Origin: Brevibacterium luteolum
Lineage (GTDB): Bacteria > Actinomycetota > Actinomycetes > Actinomycetales > Brevibacteriaceae
Reading direction: 5' to 3'
Length of the DNA stretch: 64,000 nt
Assembly (NCBI RefSeq): GCF_013004595.1
Contig: NZ_JABEMC010000005.1
Coordinates: forward strand, 124,001-188,000
Positions 38,472 to 48,635 of this stretch are shown piece by piece. Position numbers and translations under genes: made by a program. Within the stretch, counting starts at the first letter, position 1. Every line of letters begins with the position of its first letter. Under the pieces are notes generated by a model. The model searched no databases. It saw only the letters and a program-made list of their open reading frames with translations, and was not told the DNA's origin.

Positions 38472-38584
38472 GTAGTCGTTGAGTGCCGAATCCTCGCTCG
38501 TGGATTCTGCACTCAACGGCTATATTTTGGCCGATTCGTAGCCGTTGAGTGCAATATCGAGTGTCGTCGATTCAGCACTCAACG
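38472..38584. repeat. Two GTAG-led palindromic units (REP-like), 66-bp period
   Basis: GTAGTCGTTGAGTGC...GCACTCAACGGCTA and GTAGCCGTTGAGTGC...GCACTCAACG. Confidence 0.75.
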
Positions 38585-38635
38585 CGATCCGCTGAAATGG
38601 CGGACACTCAAGCCCCGGCGGGCACAGCACGTGGG

Positions 38636-38753
38636 CGTGCACTTCGTGCCGACTCGAGCACCGTCGATTCCACACGAGAAGCACGCTGCAAGCGCCGAAC
38701 CCGTGCATTTCGTGTCGAATCGAGAGGCGTCGGTTCCACACGAACGACACGCT
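38636..38753. repeat. Two palindromic direct-repeat units of a second family, 66-bp period
   Basis: CGTGCACTTCGTGCCGACTCGAG...TTCCACACGAGAAGCACGCT and CGTGCATTTCGTGTCGAATCGAG...TTCCACACGAACGACACGCT. Confidence 0.75.
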
Positions 38754-38783
38754 CAGGTCGCCGTGCAGGTCAAGCCGTCGGCG

Positions 38784-39716
38784 TTACCCCTCGGCAAGCC
38801 CTTCGGCCCGGCGGGTGCGGGCGACTTCGTAGAGGCTCACGGCTGCGGCGACGCCGGCGTTGAGCGACTCCATCTGCCCGGCCATCGGGATCGAGACAAT
38901 CTGGTCGCAGATGTCGCTGATGAGCCGGGACAGCCCCTTGCCCTCGGAACCGACGACGATGCACACCGGCTCCCGGGCGAGCGCGACCTCGGGCAGTTCG
39001 ACGTCGCCGTCCATGTCAAGGCCCAGCACGAACACCCCCTGCTTCTTCAGCGCCTGCAGCGCGCGGGCGAGGTTGACGACCTGGGCGACCTTGATCCGGC
39101 CGGCGGCACCGGCGGCGGTCTTCCACGCCGAGACGGTCATGCCGGCCGAGCGGCGCTCGGGGATGATGACCCCGTGCCCGCCGAAAGCGGCGGTCGAGCG
39201 CACGATCGCCCCGAGGTTGCGCGGGTCGGTGATCCCGTCCAGCGCCACGAGCAGCGGCGTCTCGACAGCCTCGGCGGCAGCCTCCATGAGGTCGTCGGGG
39301 TGCGCGTACTCGTAGGCCGGCACCTGCAGGGCGATTCCCTGGTGGACGGCACCGTCGGTGAGGCGGTCGAGATCCATCTTTCCCGCTTCGAGCATCGGGA
39401 TGCCGCGGTCGGCGGCCAGGGCGATCGCCTCGCGCACCCGGTCATCAGCATCGGCCTTGTGGGAGATGTACAGCGCGGTCGCCGGCACCGCCTCCCGCAG
39501 CGCCTCGACGACGGAGTTGCGGCCGGCGATGATGTCCGAACCGGGGTCCTTGCGCCGCCGCTTAGGCTGGACGGCCTCTCGCCTGAGTTTGGCCTGCTTG
39601 GCCTTGTACGCCTTGTGGTAGACGCGGTCCTCGGCTTTGGGCGTCGGCCCCTTGCCAGCCAGCTTGCGGCGGCCATGGCCACCGGTGCCCTTGGCAGGGC
39701 CCTTCTTCGTCGCCAT
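38784..39716 (-). CDS. rlmB: 23S rRNA (guanosine-2251-2'-O)-methyltransferase
   Basis: GRNSVVEAL, HQGIALQV, LDGITDPRNLGAIVRS, GSEGKG, ESLNAGVA; downstream of cysS. Confidence 0.93.
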   Translation of the reverse strand: MATKKGPAKGTGGHGRRKLAGKGPTPKAEDRVYHKAYKAKQAKLRREAVQPKRRRKDPGSDIIAGRNSVVEALREAVPATALYISHKADADDRVREAIALAADRGIPMLEAGKMDLDRLTDGAVHQGIALQVPAYEYAHPDDLMEAAAEAVETPLLVALDGITDPRNLGAIVRSTAAFGGHGVIIPERRSAGMTVSAWKTAAGAAGRIKVAQVVNLARALQALKKQGVFVLGLDMDGDVELPEVALAREPVCIVVGSEGKGLSRLISDICDQIVSIPMAGQMESLNAGVAAAVSLYEVARTRRAEGLAEG

Positions 39717-39831
39717 CGCGGCTCCTTCGGTTCGTGTCGGTGGGCTGGGGTCGTGCGGCCGGCCTGTCTCTGTCGCCGGCCTGTCGCAGCAGGCCAGCAG
39801 CGGTCAGGTTCGGCGCCGGCCGGCAGGCACC

Positions 39832-41286
39832 TCAGCCCTTGAGGCTGTAACGGTAGCCGCCGGGGGTGTCCTCCAGCTGCACGCCGGCGCGGGTGAGCAG
39901 ATCGCGGATCTCATCTGCCCGCGCATAGTCCTTGGCCTGCTTGGCGGCCAGCCGCTCGGTGGCCAGTTCGTCGACGAGCACGCGCAGCCCGGCCTCTGCC
40001 GCACTGTCCGCGCCCGAGGCGGTGGTCCAGTTGGCAGCCAGCGGGTTGACGCCGAGCACATCGAGCATGAGCTCGAGTTCGGCCACCGTGCGGATGAGCG
40101 CCCCTCGGTCGGGGTCCCCGGACTCCAGCAGCCGGTACCCCTCACCAACGGCACTGAACGCAACCGAAAGCGCCTTGGGCACCGACAGGTCGTGGTCCAT
40201 CGCGGCGGCGAAGTCGGCCGGCACATCGAAGGCCCGGCGGCGATAGCCGTCCTCCACCTCGGGAGCCGGCGGAGCGTCTTCGCCGAGGATCTCTCTGGCG
40301 CGGGTGAGGAAGTTCTCGAAGCGCTCGAGCGCATTCTCCTGCTTGGCGACCAGTTCTTCGGAGAACTCGAGCACTGAACGGTAGTGCGCGGTCGAGAGCG
40401 CATAGCGCACCGCCAGCGGATTGGAGGCGGCGAAGAGATCATGGGCGAAAACGGAGTTGCCCAGGGACTTCGACATCTTGTCCCCGCCGATGTTGAGCAG
40501 TCCGGAGTGCATCCAGATCCGGGCGAAAGGATCGCCGGCGGCATTCGACTGCGCGCGCTCGTTCTCATGGTGGGGGAAACGCAGGTCGAGCCCGCCGCCG
40601 TGAATGTCGAACTCCGCACCGAGGTACTTCGTCGACATCGCCGAGCACTCGATATGCCAGCCCGGCCGGCCGCGTCCCCACGGCGACGGCCACGAGGCGG
40701 TGAGCGGATCGCCGTCCTTGTGCGCTTTCCACAGCGCGAAGTCCCGCGGGTCCCTCTTGCCGCGCAGCGGGGCGTCATCGGCTGCGGCCATGTCGTCGAG
40801 CTGCTGGTTCGTCAGCGAACCGTAGTCCGGCCAGGAGCGCGCATCGAAGTAGACATCAGCGGAGCCGTCGAGGGCCGGATAGGCGTGTCCGGCGGCGATG
40901 AGACGGTCGATGAGCTCGATCATCTCCGTCATGTGCCCGGTGGCCAGCGGCTCATAGGTCGGGCGCAGCACGCCGAGGGCGTCGTATGCGGCGGTGAATT
41001 CCTGGAAGTAATGGTAGGCGTGGGCCCACCACGGGCGGGACTCCTCGACCGACTTCGCCAGGATCTTGTCGTCGATGTCGGTGACATTGCGCACGAAGGT
41101 GACGTCATAACCGCGGTAGAGCAGCCACCGGCGCAGCTGATCGAACACGACAGCGGTGCGCATGTGGCCGATGTGGGGCGAACCCTGCACGGTGGCCCCG
41201 CAGACGTAGAGCCCGGCATGTCCGTCGGTGACGGGGGTGAAGGGTTCGAGGCGGCGCGTGGCGGTGTTGAAAAGCTGTATGGTCAC
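39832..41286 (-). CDS. cysS: Cysteine--tRNA ligase
   Basis: YVCGATVQ, HIGH, GRPGWHIEC, FPHHENE, KMSKS. Confidence 0.96.
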   Translation of the reverse strand: MTIQLFNTATRRLEPFTPVTDGHAGLYVCGATVQGSPHIGHMRTAVVFDQLRRWLLYRGYDVTFVRNVTDIDDKILAKSVEESRPWWAHAYHYFQEFTAAYDALGVLRPTYEPLATGHMTEMIELIDRLIAAGHAYPALDGSADVYFDARSWPDYGSLTNQQLDDMAAADDAPLRGKRDPRDFALWKAHKDGDPLTASWPSPWGRGRPGWHIECSAMSTKYLGAEFDIHGGGLDLRFPHHENERAQSNAAGDPFARIWMHSGLLNIGGDKMSKSLGNSVFAHDLFAASNPLAVRYALSTAHYRSVLEFSEELVAKQENALERFENFLTRAREILGEDAPPAPEVEDGYRRRAFDVPADFAAAMDHDLSVPKALSVAFSAVGEGYRLLESGDPDRGALIRTVAELELMLDVLGVNPLAANWTTASGADSAAEAGLRVLVDELATERLAAKQAKDYARADEIRDLLTRAGVQLEDTPGGYRYSLKG

Positions 41287-41567
41287 AGCCCCAGTCTAGC
41301 CAGGCACGCGGGCCCGCCGCGATGCACTCTCAGGATAACCCCGCCGCGACGGCGACAGGCACGTATAACTTTTCGAGCTCAACTTCCAGTGCCCGCCGTC
41401 TGAGAAGTGACAATCCCCGCCCGCCGAGTTAACTTTGGTGTGAGTTCAATCTCAGCTGTGAATTTCGTGAACATCCTCCCGAAATCCTGGACTGCGAGGG
41501 CCAGGTCTGCTTCAGCCTGCTGGACACAGCGCTGTGTCTGTCCTCGCTCACCACCAGAAAGGACACC

Positions 41568-43208
41568 ATGTCGAATAAGTCGCTACAGCGCGAGGTATTC
41601 CCGACCCGAATGGCTTTCATCCTGGCCGCCGTCGGCTCTGCCATCGGCCTGGGAAACATCTGGCGCTTTCCATACGTCGCCTTCGAAAACGGAGGCGGAG
41701 CGTTTCTCATCCCATACCTCGTCGCGCTGCTGACGGCGGGTATTCCGATCCTGTTCTTCGACTATGTGCTCGGACACCGTTCGCGGTCCTCAGCACCGAT
41801 GTCGTTCCGCGTACTGTCGAAGTCCTTCGAGCCGCTGGGCTGGTTCCAGACCGGTGTCGCCACCGTCATCGGCATCTACTACGCCGTCATCATCGGCTGG
41901 GCGCTGAGCTACACGGTGTTCTCCTTCACCGAGGCCTGGGGCGATGACGCCGGCACCTTCTTCGAGGCGACCTACCTCAACGCCGGTGAGTTGTCACTGG
42001 GCAACGCCTTCAGCTTCGTGCCCGGCATCCTCATCCCGCTCATCATCGTGTGGGTGATCGTGCTGGGCATCCTGTTCCTCGGTGTGCAGGGCGGCATCGC
42101 CCGGTTCTCGAAGATCTTCATCCCGGTGCTCGTCGTGCTGTTCCTCGCACTCGTCATCCGCTCGCTGTTCCTGCCCGGTGCCGTCGACGGCCTCAACGCC
42201 CTCTTCACCCCGGACTTCTCAGCGCTGACGAAGGCTGATGTGTGGGTGGCCGCCTACGGGCAGATCTTCTTCTCGCTCTCGGTCGGCTTCGGCATCATGA
42301 TCACCTACGCCGCCTACCTGCGCCGTCGCACGAACCTCACCGGCTCGGGCCTCGTCGTGGCGTTCTCGAACTCCAGCTTCGAGATCCTCGCCGGTGTCGG
42401 TGTCTTCGCAGCCCTGGGCTTCATGGCCCACGCTGCTGGCACCGGTGTCAACGATGTCGCAGCCGGCGGCGTCGGACTGGCCTTCGTCGGCTTCCCGACG
42501 CTCATCTCGCAGATGCCCGGCGGGCCGCTCTTCGGCGTGCTGTTCTTCCTCAGCCTCGTCTTCGCCGGCCTGTCCTCGCTCATCTCGATCATCCAGGTCC
42601 CGGTGCAGGCGGTCGCGGAGAAGCTGGGTATCTCCAACCGCGCCTCGCTGGCGATCGTCGGCGGCGGCATGGCGCTCGTCTCGCTGCTGACCATGCCGAC
42701 GGCCACCGGCCTGACCGTGCTCGATGTCGCTGACGCATTCGCCAACAACATCGGCATCGTCGGCGGCGCGCTGCTGGCGATCATCGCCGTCGCCTGGTTC
42801 AAGCGGGCCACCCCGCTGCTGCGCGATCACCTCAACGCGATCTCCTCGTTCCGCATCGGCAAGATGTGGACCATCGCGCTGACGATCATCACCCCGATCG
42901 TGCTCGGCTTCATGCTCATCCAGCAGATCTGGACGTATGCGACCACGGGCTACACCGAGTCCTCGGCCGACATCATCGGCTGGATCATCATCGCCGTGCT
43001 CATCGTCGCAGCGGTCGCGCTCTCGGTGCTGCCGTGGCCGCGCGCCTCGGAGGAGTTCACCGCCCGCGCTGTGGAGGCCAACGATGCTGACACCAAGGCG
43101 CATCCGGAGCTGTACACGCCTGCGCACATGACCGGCTTCGACGACAACCCCAGCACCGGCACCACCGGTGCGGATGCGGCCCGCCGCACGGAAGGAGACA
43201 ACCGATGA
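41568..43208 (+). CDS. Sodium-dependent NSS family amino acid transporter, large subunit (MetP-like)
   Basis: GSAIGLGNIWRFPY, NGGGAFLIPY, QIFFSLS, GLAFVGFP. Confidence 0.92.
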   Translation: MSNKSLQREVFPTRMAFILAAVGSAIGLGNIWRFPYVAFENGGGAFLIPYLVALLTAGIPILFFDYVLGHRSRSSAPMSFRVLSKSFEPLGWFQTGVATVIGIYYAVIIGWALSYTVFSFTEAWGDDAGTFFEATYLNAGELSLGNAFSFVPGILIPLIIVWVIVLGILFLGVQGGIARFSKIFIPVLVVLFLALVIRSLFLPGAVDGLNALFTPDFSALTKADVWVAAYGQIFFSLSVGFGIMITYAAYLRRRTNLTGSGLVVAFSNSSFEILAGVGVFAALGFMAHAAGTGVNDVAAGGVGLAFVGFPTLISQMPGGPLFGVLFFLSLVFAGLSSLISIIQVPVQAVAEKLGISNRASLAIVGGGMALVSLLTMPTATGLTVLDVADAFANNIGIVGGALLAIIAVAWFKRATPLLRDHLNAISSFRIGKMWTIALTIITPIVLGFMLIQQIWTYATTGYTESSADIIGWIIIAVLIVAAVALSVLPWPRASEEFTARAVEANDADTKAHPELYTPAHMTGFDDNPSTGTTGADAARRTEGDNR

Positions 43209-43327
43209 CACCTGCAGCAATCATCATGATGGTCCTGGCGCTGTTCATCGTCTGGGGCGGCCTCGTCGCCTCCCTCGTCCACCTCAAGGGACACCCGGAC
43301 GAGATGGGCCACGAGGACATCATCTGA
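43205..43327 (+). CDS. 40-aa small subunit of the NSS transporter (methionine/alanine import MetS-like)
   Basis: MTPAAIIMMVLALFIVWGGLVASLVHLKGHPDEMGHEDII; ATGA overlap; GAAGGAG RBS; below the ORF-track cutoff. Confidence 0.82.
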   Translation: MTPAAIIMMVLALFIVWGGLVASLVHLKGHPDEMGHEDII

Positions 43328-43366
43328 TCCACACACCCTGACAAGCGGAACCAGCCGCCACCGCAG

Positions 43367-43406
43367 CCGAGGCGTCGGGAACCTGCCATGGTTCCCGGCG
43401 CCTCGG
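43367..43406 (+). terminator. Hairpin after the NSS operon
   Basis: CCGAGGCGTCGGGAACC-TGCCAT-GGTTCCCGGCGCCTCGG. Confidence 0.55.
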
Positions 43407-43529
43407 GCGTGTACAGGGGTTTCCTGCCTGGTGAGAACGCACGCGGATTTTCCTGCAGGCCGCACGCCGGTTCCGTAGACTGACCGATGTACGCATGAGC
43501 ACGTATTCATCTCTGCTGAAGGAGGCATC

Positions 43530-44624
43530 ATGCCCACGACCGTCAAGGGAATCGTCGCCATGGCCAAGGGGAAGCCGGTCGAGCTGACTGACATCGTCAT
43601 CCCGGATCCCGGCCCCGGTGAGGTCATCGTCGACGTGAAGTCCTGCGGGGTGTGCCACACCGACTTCCACTACCGCGAAGGTGGTATCGGCGATGACTTC
43701 CCGTACCTGCTCGGCCACGAGTCCGCCGGCATCGTCGCTGAGATCGGCGCAGGCGTCACGAATGTCGATGTCGGCGACTTCGTCATCCTCAACTGGCGGG
43801 CGATCTGCGGTGAGTGCCGGGCGTGCAAGCGCGGCGAGCCGTGGTACTGCTTCGACACCCACAACGCCTCGCAGAAGATGACCCTGGCTGATGGCACCGA
43901 GCTCGAAGCCGCACTGGGCATCGGTTCGTTTGCCGAGAAGACGCTCGTGGCCGCCGGCCAGTGCACGAAGGTCGACGAGGCCGATCCGGCCGTCGTCGGA
44001 CTGCTCGGCTGCGGCATCATGGCCGGCATCGGCGCTGCCATCAACACCGGCGAGGTCACCCGCGGCGACTCGGTGGCAGTCATCGGCTGCGGCGGCGTCG
44101 GCTCGGCAGCCGTCGCCGGAGCGCACCTGGCCGGAGCCAGCCCGATCATCGCCATCGACTTCGATGAGCGCAAGCTCGATGCCGCCAAGGAACTCGGCGC
44201 GACCGAGACGATCTGCTCGAAGGGCATGAGCGAAGACGAGCTCGTCGAAGCCGTCCAGAAGCTCACCGGCGGATTCGGTGCCGATGTCGTCATCGACGCC
44301 GTCGGCCGTCCCGAGACCTGGCGGCAGGCCTTCTACGCCCGCGACCTGGCCGGCACGGTCGTGCTCGTCGGCGTGCCGACCCCGGAGATGGAGCTGACCG
44401 TCCCGCTGCTCGACGTGTTCGGCCGCGGCGGCAAGCTCAAGTCCTCCTGGTACGGCGACTGCCTGCCCGAACGCGACTTCCCGATGCTCACGCAGCTGTA
44501 CAAGGAGGGCCGCCTGCCGCTGGAGAAGTTCGTCACCGAGCGGATCACAGTTGACCAGGTTGAGGAAGCCTTTGACAAGATGGGACGCGGAGAAGTCCTT
44601 CGATCGGTAGTGGAGTTTTCATGA
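43530..44624 (+). CDS. mscR: S-(hydroxymethyl)mycothiol dehydrogenase (MscR/AdhE-type)
   Basis: [53 protein letters not shown]. Confidence 0.9.
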   Translation: MPTTVKGIVAMAKGKPVELTDIVIPDPGPGEVIVDVKSCGVCHTDFHYREGGIGDDFPYLLGHESAGIVAEIGAGVTNVDVGDFVILNWRAICGECRACKRGEPWYCFDTHNASQKMTLADGTELEAALGIGSFAEKTLVAAGQCTKVDEADPAVVGLLGCGIMAGIGAAINTGEVTRGDSVAVIGCGGVGSAAVAGAHLAGASPIIAIDFDERKLDAAKELGATETICSKGMSEDELVEAVQKLTGGFGADVVIDAVGRPETWRQAFYARDLAGTVVLVGVPTPEMELTVPLLDVFGRGGKLKSSWYGDCLPERDFPMLTQLYKEGRLPLEKFVTERITVDQVEEAFDKMGRGEVLRSVVEFS

Positions 44625-45313
44625 GCGCACGCATTGACCACCTGGAGACATCCGGCACGTTCTCGCTTGACGGGGGCACCTGGGATGTCGACAACAACGT
44701 CTGGATCGTCGGCGACGACTCCGAGGTCGTCGTCATCGACCCGGCCCACTCGCCTGAGCAGGTCGCCGAGGCCGTCTGCGACCGGAAGGTCACCGCGATC
44801 CTGCTGACCCACGGGCATGACGACCACATCCGCGCGGTCATCGAGACGCAGAAGCTGCTGGGCAACCCGCCGATCCACCTCAACCCCGAGGACATGGTCC
44901 TGTGGGAGATGGTCTACCCGGATGCCAAGCCGGAGGAGAAGCTCGAAGACGGGCAGACGATCACCGTCGGCGACGTCACGCTCACGGCCCTGCACACCCC
45001 GGGCCACTCCCCTGGTTCCACGTGCTTCTACATCGCTGATGGGGTCGCCGTTCCCGAGGTGGCCGCGGAGGCCGCCGGAAAGGTCAGGACGGGTGCGAAC
45101 AACCCGATCCTCATCTCCGGTGACACCCTGTTCGAAGGCGGACCGGGTGCCACGGGCCGGTCGTATTCGAGCTTCGACACGATCATCGAGTCGATCTCGA
45201 CCCGTCTGTTCCAGCTGCCGGAGGAGACCGTCGTGCTCACCGGCCACGGCCCGGCCACGGCGATCGGGCTGGAGAAGCCGCACCTGCAGGAGTGGATCGA
45301 CCGCGGCGAATGA
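44621..45313 (+). CDS. MBL-fold hydrolase (Rv2260/Fmh-like partner of MscR)
   Basis: [39 protein letters not shown]. Confidence 0.88.
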   Translation: MSARIDHLETSGTFSLDGGTWDVDNNVWIVGDDSEVVVIDPAHSPEQVAEAVCDRKVTAILLTHGHDDHIRAVIETQKLLGNPPIHLNPEDMVLWEMVYPDAKPEEKLEDGQTITVGDVTLTALHTPGHSPGSTCFYIADGVAVPEVAAEAAGKVRTGANNPILISGDTLFEGGPGATGRSYSSFDTIIESISTRLFQLPEETVVLTGHGPATAIGLEKPHLQEWIDRGE

Positions 45314-45342
45314 GCCGCTGGCCGGATTCCTGAACTGAGAAG

Positions 45343-45382
45343 ACCGGCGGGTGAGAGCGTAGCAGCGTTCTCACCCGCCGGT
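45343..45382. terminator. Hairpin between convergent genes (probable bidirectional terminator)
   Basis: ACCGGCGGGTGAGAGCG-N6-CGTTCTCACCCGCCGGT. Confidence 0.65.
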
Positions 45383-45430
45383 TCTGTATCTGGGTCCGGT
45401 GACTGCGTCCCCGCGGTGACGTCGCCGGCT

Positions 45431-45892
45431 TCAGGGGGCGCGCATGAGCTGGGCGGTCAGGTGCCGGGTCATCTGGCAGCCGACAGCGGCCATGTCGAAG
45501 TTGACGGTCAGGTCGTTGCCGGCGAAGACGAATCGGCGCTTGGTCATCTCCACGTTCTTCGCCGTCGAGGTGTTGAGCACCCGGCCGGTGAGGTGCAGGA
45601 CGATCCGCTCGTCGGTGAGATCGATGTGCCCTTCGAGCAGCTCGGTCTGACCGGTCGGCTGGGCGATGGTGAACTCCGCCCAGTCACCGACCAGCCTCAG
45701 GTAGCCGGTCTCGACGTGCATCGTCTTGCCATCAGGTGACCAGGTGCGCTGGGAGTAGGCGAGGAACGGCTTGCCGACATCGCGGAACTCCGTCTCCTCC
45801 CGGTACTCGAAGTCATCGATCGTCGGGTACTCGCCGAAACCGCTGCCGCTCCAGGCGCCGGCGATCCGTTCGAAGGCGGGGTGTGAGGTCAT
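45431..45892 (-). CDS. Nitrobindin/FABP-like (DUF1794) heme-binding beta-barrel
   Basis: GAWSGSGFGEYPTI, GKPFLAYSQRTW, HVETGYLR, C-terminal HL; TACGAT -10 box 6 nt before ATG 45892. Confidence 0.85.
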   Translation of the reverse strand: MTSHPAFERIAGAWSGSGFGEYPTIDDFEYREETEFRDVGKPFLAYSQRTWSPDGKTMHVETGYLRLVGDWAEFTIAQPTGQTELLEGHIDLTDERIVLHLTGRVLNTSTAKNVEMTKRRFVFAGNDLTVNFDMAAVGCQMTRHLTAQLMRAP

Positions 45893-46115
45893 AGCAGAAT
45901 CGTATCTGCGGCCCTGCCCGGCCGGTAGACTGAGGCGCCGGGAACCCCGGCCTGGATCCCGGTCTCGGGAATGTGGCACGGGTGGATCCGACCCGCCCTT
46001 TGGGAATCGATCGGGTCGTGAAACTGTTGTTCCTGACAGCTGCTGCTTCTCATCGCAGCGGCTCTGTTCCCAGCGGCGGTGTGCGAGCACCGCTTCGATC
46101 ACTAGGAGTGATTCC

Positions 46116-46646
46116 GTGAGCACCCCGCAGGCACCACTCAGCCGCAATGAGCAGATGTGGGTCACCGAACGCGTCAACGCCCCCGGATGGGGTGTGTTCT
46201 ACGGCATCGTCGCGATTGTCTTCGGCATCGTGCTGGCGATCTCGTCCTGGATGGCCGACATCAGCCAGGCGGCGCTCATCATCTGCCTCATCGCCTGCGC
46301 CTTCATCACCGGCCTCGGCGTGTGGATCACCCTGCGCGCAGCCACCCGGATCACGCCGCTGCAGCGGCTGCGCAAGGGCCGCGAACCCGATCACGTCGAT
46401 GACGTCGAGATCGTCTCGATCTCCGATCTGCGCGGCATGGTGCTGCGCTACGCCAACGGCGGAGAAGTCACCCTGCGCGGCCCCGCCCCGACCCCGGCCG
46501 AGGGCAGGGATACTGTGCCGGTCAGCCTCGGTGAGACGGTGACGCTGAGCTCGTGGGTGCCGGCGAACAGGTCGGCGCCGATGATCGGCCGCGTCGACTT
46601 CAGTGATGGCGCCCGGGCGATCGGCGAACTCGAAGAACCGCTCTGA
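46116..46646 (+). CDS. Hypothetical membrane protein (2 TM helices)
   Basis: GTG after AGGAG; two hydrophobic helices; host-like codon usage. Confidence 0.6.
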   Translation: MSTPQAPLSRNEQMWVTERVNAPGWGVFYGIVAIVFGIVLAISSWMADISQAALIICLIACAFITGLGVWITLRAATRITPLQRLRKGREPDHVDDVEIVSISDLRGMVLRYANGGEVTLRGPAPTPAEGRDTVPVSLGETVTLSSWVPANRSAPMIGRVDFSDGARAIGELEEPL

Positions 46647-46655
46647 GGAAGCGCC

Positions 46656-47153
46656 TCAGCTGCGCTGGACCACGACGGCGGTCGCGATCGCTGCGATCCC
46701 CTCGCCGCGGCCGGTGAGGCCGAGCCCATCAGTCGTCGTGCCGGAGACTGCGACCGGTGCACCGGCGGCAGCCGAGAGCACATGCTGGGCCTCGTCCCGG
46801 CGCGTGCCGATCTTGGGCCTGTTGCAGATCGCCTGCACGGCGATGCTGCCGATCTCGAACCCGGCTGCGCGCACGAGCCGGGCGGCCTCCGTCAGGAGCT
46901 CCGCTCCCGAGGCGCCGGCGAGTTCCGGCCGGTCGACGCCGAAGTGCGCGCCCAGATCCCCGATGCCGGCGGCTGTGAAAAGCGCATCACAGCAGGCATG
47001 GGCGACGGCATCGGAATCCGAATGTCCCTCAAGCCCGACTTCGCCTTCCCACAGGAGACCGGCGAGCCACATCGGCCGGCCGGGATCCTTCGAGAAGGCA
47101 TGGACGTCGGTGCCGATGCCCACCCGCGGCAGGATCGGAGAGTTCTCGCTCAT
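46656..47153 (-). CDS. ispF: 2-C-methyl-D-erythritol 2,4-cyclodiphosphate synthase
   Basis: [34 protein letters not shown]. Confidence 0.95.
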   Translation of the reverse strand: MSENSPILPRVGIGTDVHAFSKDPGRPMWLAGLLWEGEVGLEGHSDSDAVAHACCDALFTAAGIGDLGAHFGVDRPELAGASGAELLTEAARLVRAAGFEIGSIAVQAICNRPKIGTRRDEAQHVLSAAAGAPVAVSGTTTDGLGLTGRGEGIAAIATAVVVQRS

Positions 47154-47881
47154 CGGTTCTGCCCTCCAGCAGTCGCGTCTTCCAGCAGCAGTTCGGCGAT
47201 GCGCATATCGAGCGGGTGGGTGATCTTCAGCGCCCGCTCATCACCGGCAACCGCCCGCACGTCGTGGCCGAGGCGTTCGGCGAGCATCGCGTCATCCGTG
47301 GCAGTGATCGGGTCGCGGGCCTGCAGGGCGTGTGCCTCTTCGAGCACCTCGACGGCGAAGCCCTGCGGGGTCTGCACACGCCTGAGCTGCTCGCGGTCGA
47401 TGTCGCCGATGACGCGTTCGTCTCCGGCGGCCGCGCATGGGCTGCGCAGCGTCTCGACGCGTTTGATCGTATCGGTCACCGGCAGCACCGGCACGACTGC
47501 CTGGGCACCGGCGCCCAGGGCATCGGTGACGCGGGTGAACACCTCGGGAGGTGTCAGGCAGCGGGCGGCGTCGTGGACGAGCACGGCTTCGATGCCAGGA
47601 TCGGAGCGCTGGGCGGCTACCAGGGCTGCACGCACGCTGGCGACGCGATCAGCGCCACCGGCCACCACCTCGGCGGCGGTGCCGAGGGTGTCCCGTGCGG
47701 AGGCGAGGAACGCCTCGGGAACGGCGACCACGATATGATCGGCGACTCCCGAGGCGTGTGCACCGCGAACACAGTGCTCAAGCAGGGTCGTTCCGGCCAG
47801 TTCGGCAAATGCCTTCGGAATGCCGGCTCCCAGGCGGGTGCCAGAGCCGGCGGCCGGGATGACGATGCAGGTTCTTAGGAT
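47150..47881 (-). CDS. ispD: 2-C-methyl-D-erythritol 4-phosphate cytidylyltransferase; probable non-canonical ATC start
   Basis: The frame extends upstream of the ORF-track start with (I)[38 protein letters not shown] and KITHPLD follow. Start position is inferred. Confidence 0.88.
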   Translation of the reverse strand: MLRTCIVIPAAGSGTRLGAGIPKAFAELAGTTLLEHCVRGAHASGVADHIVVAVPEAFLASARDTLGTAAEVVAGGADRVASVRAALVAAQRSDPGIEAVLVHDAARCLTPPEVFTRVTDALGAGAQAVVPVLPVTDTIKRVETLRSPCAAAGDERVIGDIDREQLRRVQTPQGFAVEVLEEAHALQARDPITATDDAMLAERLGHDVRAVAGDERALKITHPLDMRIAELLLEDATAGGQNR

Positions 47882-48357
47882 GCGAGGACCTCGTCGAGCA
47901 GGGCCTCGGCTTCTTCCTCTTCCTTCTTCTCAGCCAGGGCAAGCTCGGAGACGAGCACCTGGCGGGCCTTGGCGAGCATGCGCTTCTCGCCGGTGGAGAG
48001 CCCCCGGTCCTGCTCGCGACGCCACAGATCGCGGACGACTTCAGCCACTTTGATGACGTCGCCGGACTGGAACTTCTCGAGATTTGCCTTGTAGCGGCGG
48101 GACCAGTTGGAGGGCTCTTCTGAAATGTCAGCCCGCAGCACCTGGAAGACCTTCTCCAGCCCCTCTTCGCCGACCACATCGCGCACGCCGACGAGATCGC
48201 AGTTCTCGGCTGGCACTTCGATGGTCAGATCGCCGTGGGATACCTGAAGCTTCAGATAGAGCTTGTCTTCGCCCTTGATCGCCCGGGTCTTGATCTCCTG
48301 GACTGTGGCTGCCCCGTGGTGCGGATAAACAACTGTGTCGCCGACCTGAAAACTCAT
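47875..48357 (-). CDS. carD: RNA polymerase-binding transcription factor CarD
   Basis: [40 protein letters not shown]. Confidence 0.96.
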   Translation of the reverse strand: MSFQVGDTVVYPHHGAATVQEIKTRAIKGEDKLYLKLQVSHGDLTIEVPAENCDLVGVRDVVGEEGLEKVFQVLRADISEEPSNWSRRYKANLEKFQSGDVIKVAEVVRDLWRREQDRGLSTGEKRMLAKARQVLVSELALAEKKEEEEAEALLDEVLAS

Positions 48358-48635
48358 GTTCTTCATTTCCCCTTTCGCGGACTTCCAGTTTACCACGAAC
48401 ACGCCGCGTAAGACGGTGTGCCGGGGGCCGAATCGTGCTAAGGTGCACGCCTTGCATCGGCCGGATCCACGCGCTACGCGGGCGCGCGTTGGACTCCCGG
48501 GCACGCGACCACCTCGGGCACCGGGCTGGGGATGGGGGTGCGGTCAGCGGGTGAGTTCTACGTGCGGTCAAAAAGCAGGTAGGATATCCAGTGATTCTGT
48601 CATTTCACTCCGTCGTCACTCCAAGGAGCTTGAAC

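Noticed and set aside
38442..38760. CRISPR array
   Set aside because: Only two degenerate units per family, the palindromes span the whole unit, there is no repeat-spacer alternation and no cas genes.
47882..47935. Classical -1 slippery heptamer for a CarD-IspD fusion
   Set aside because: The purine run (GAG AAG AAG GAA GAG GAA GAA) contains no X XXY YYZ heptamer; SD plus ATC is the simpler explanation, though a fusion is not excluded.
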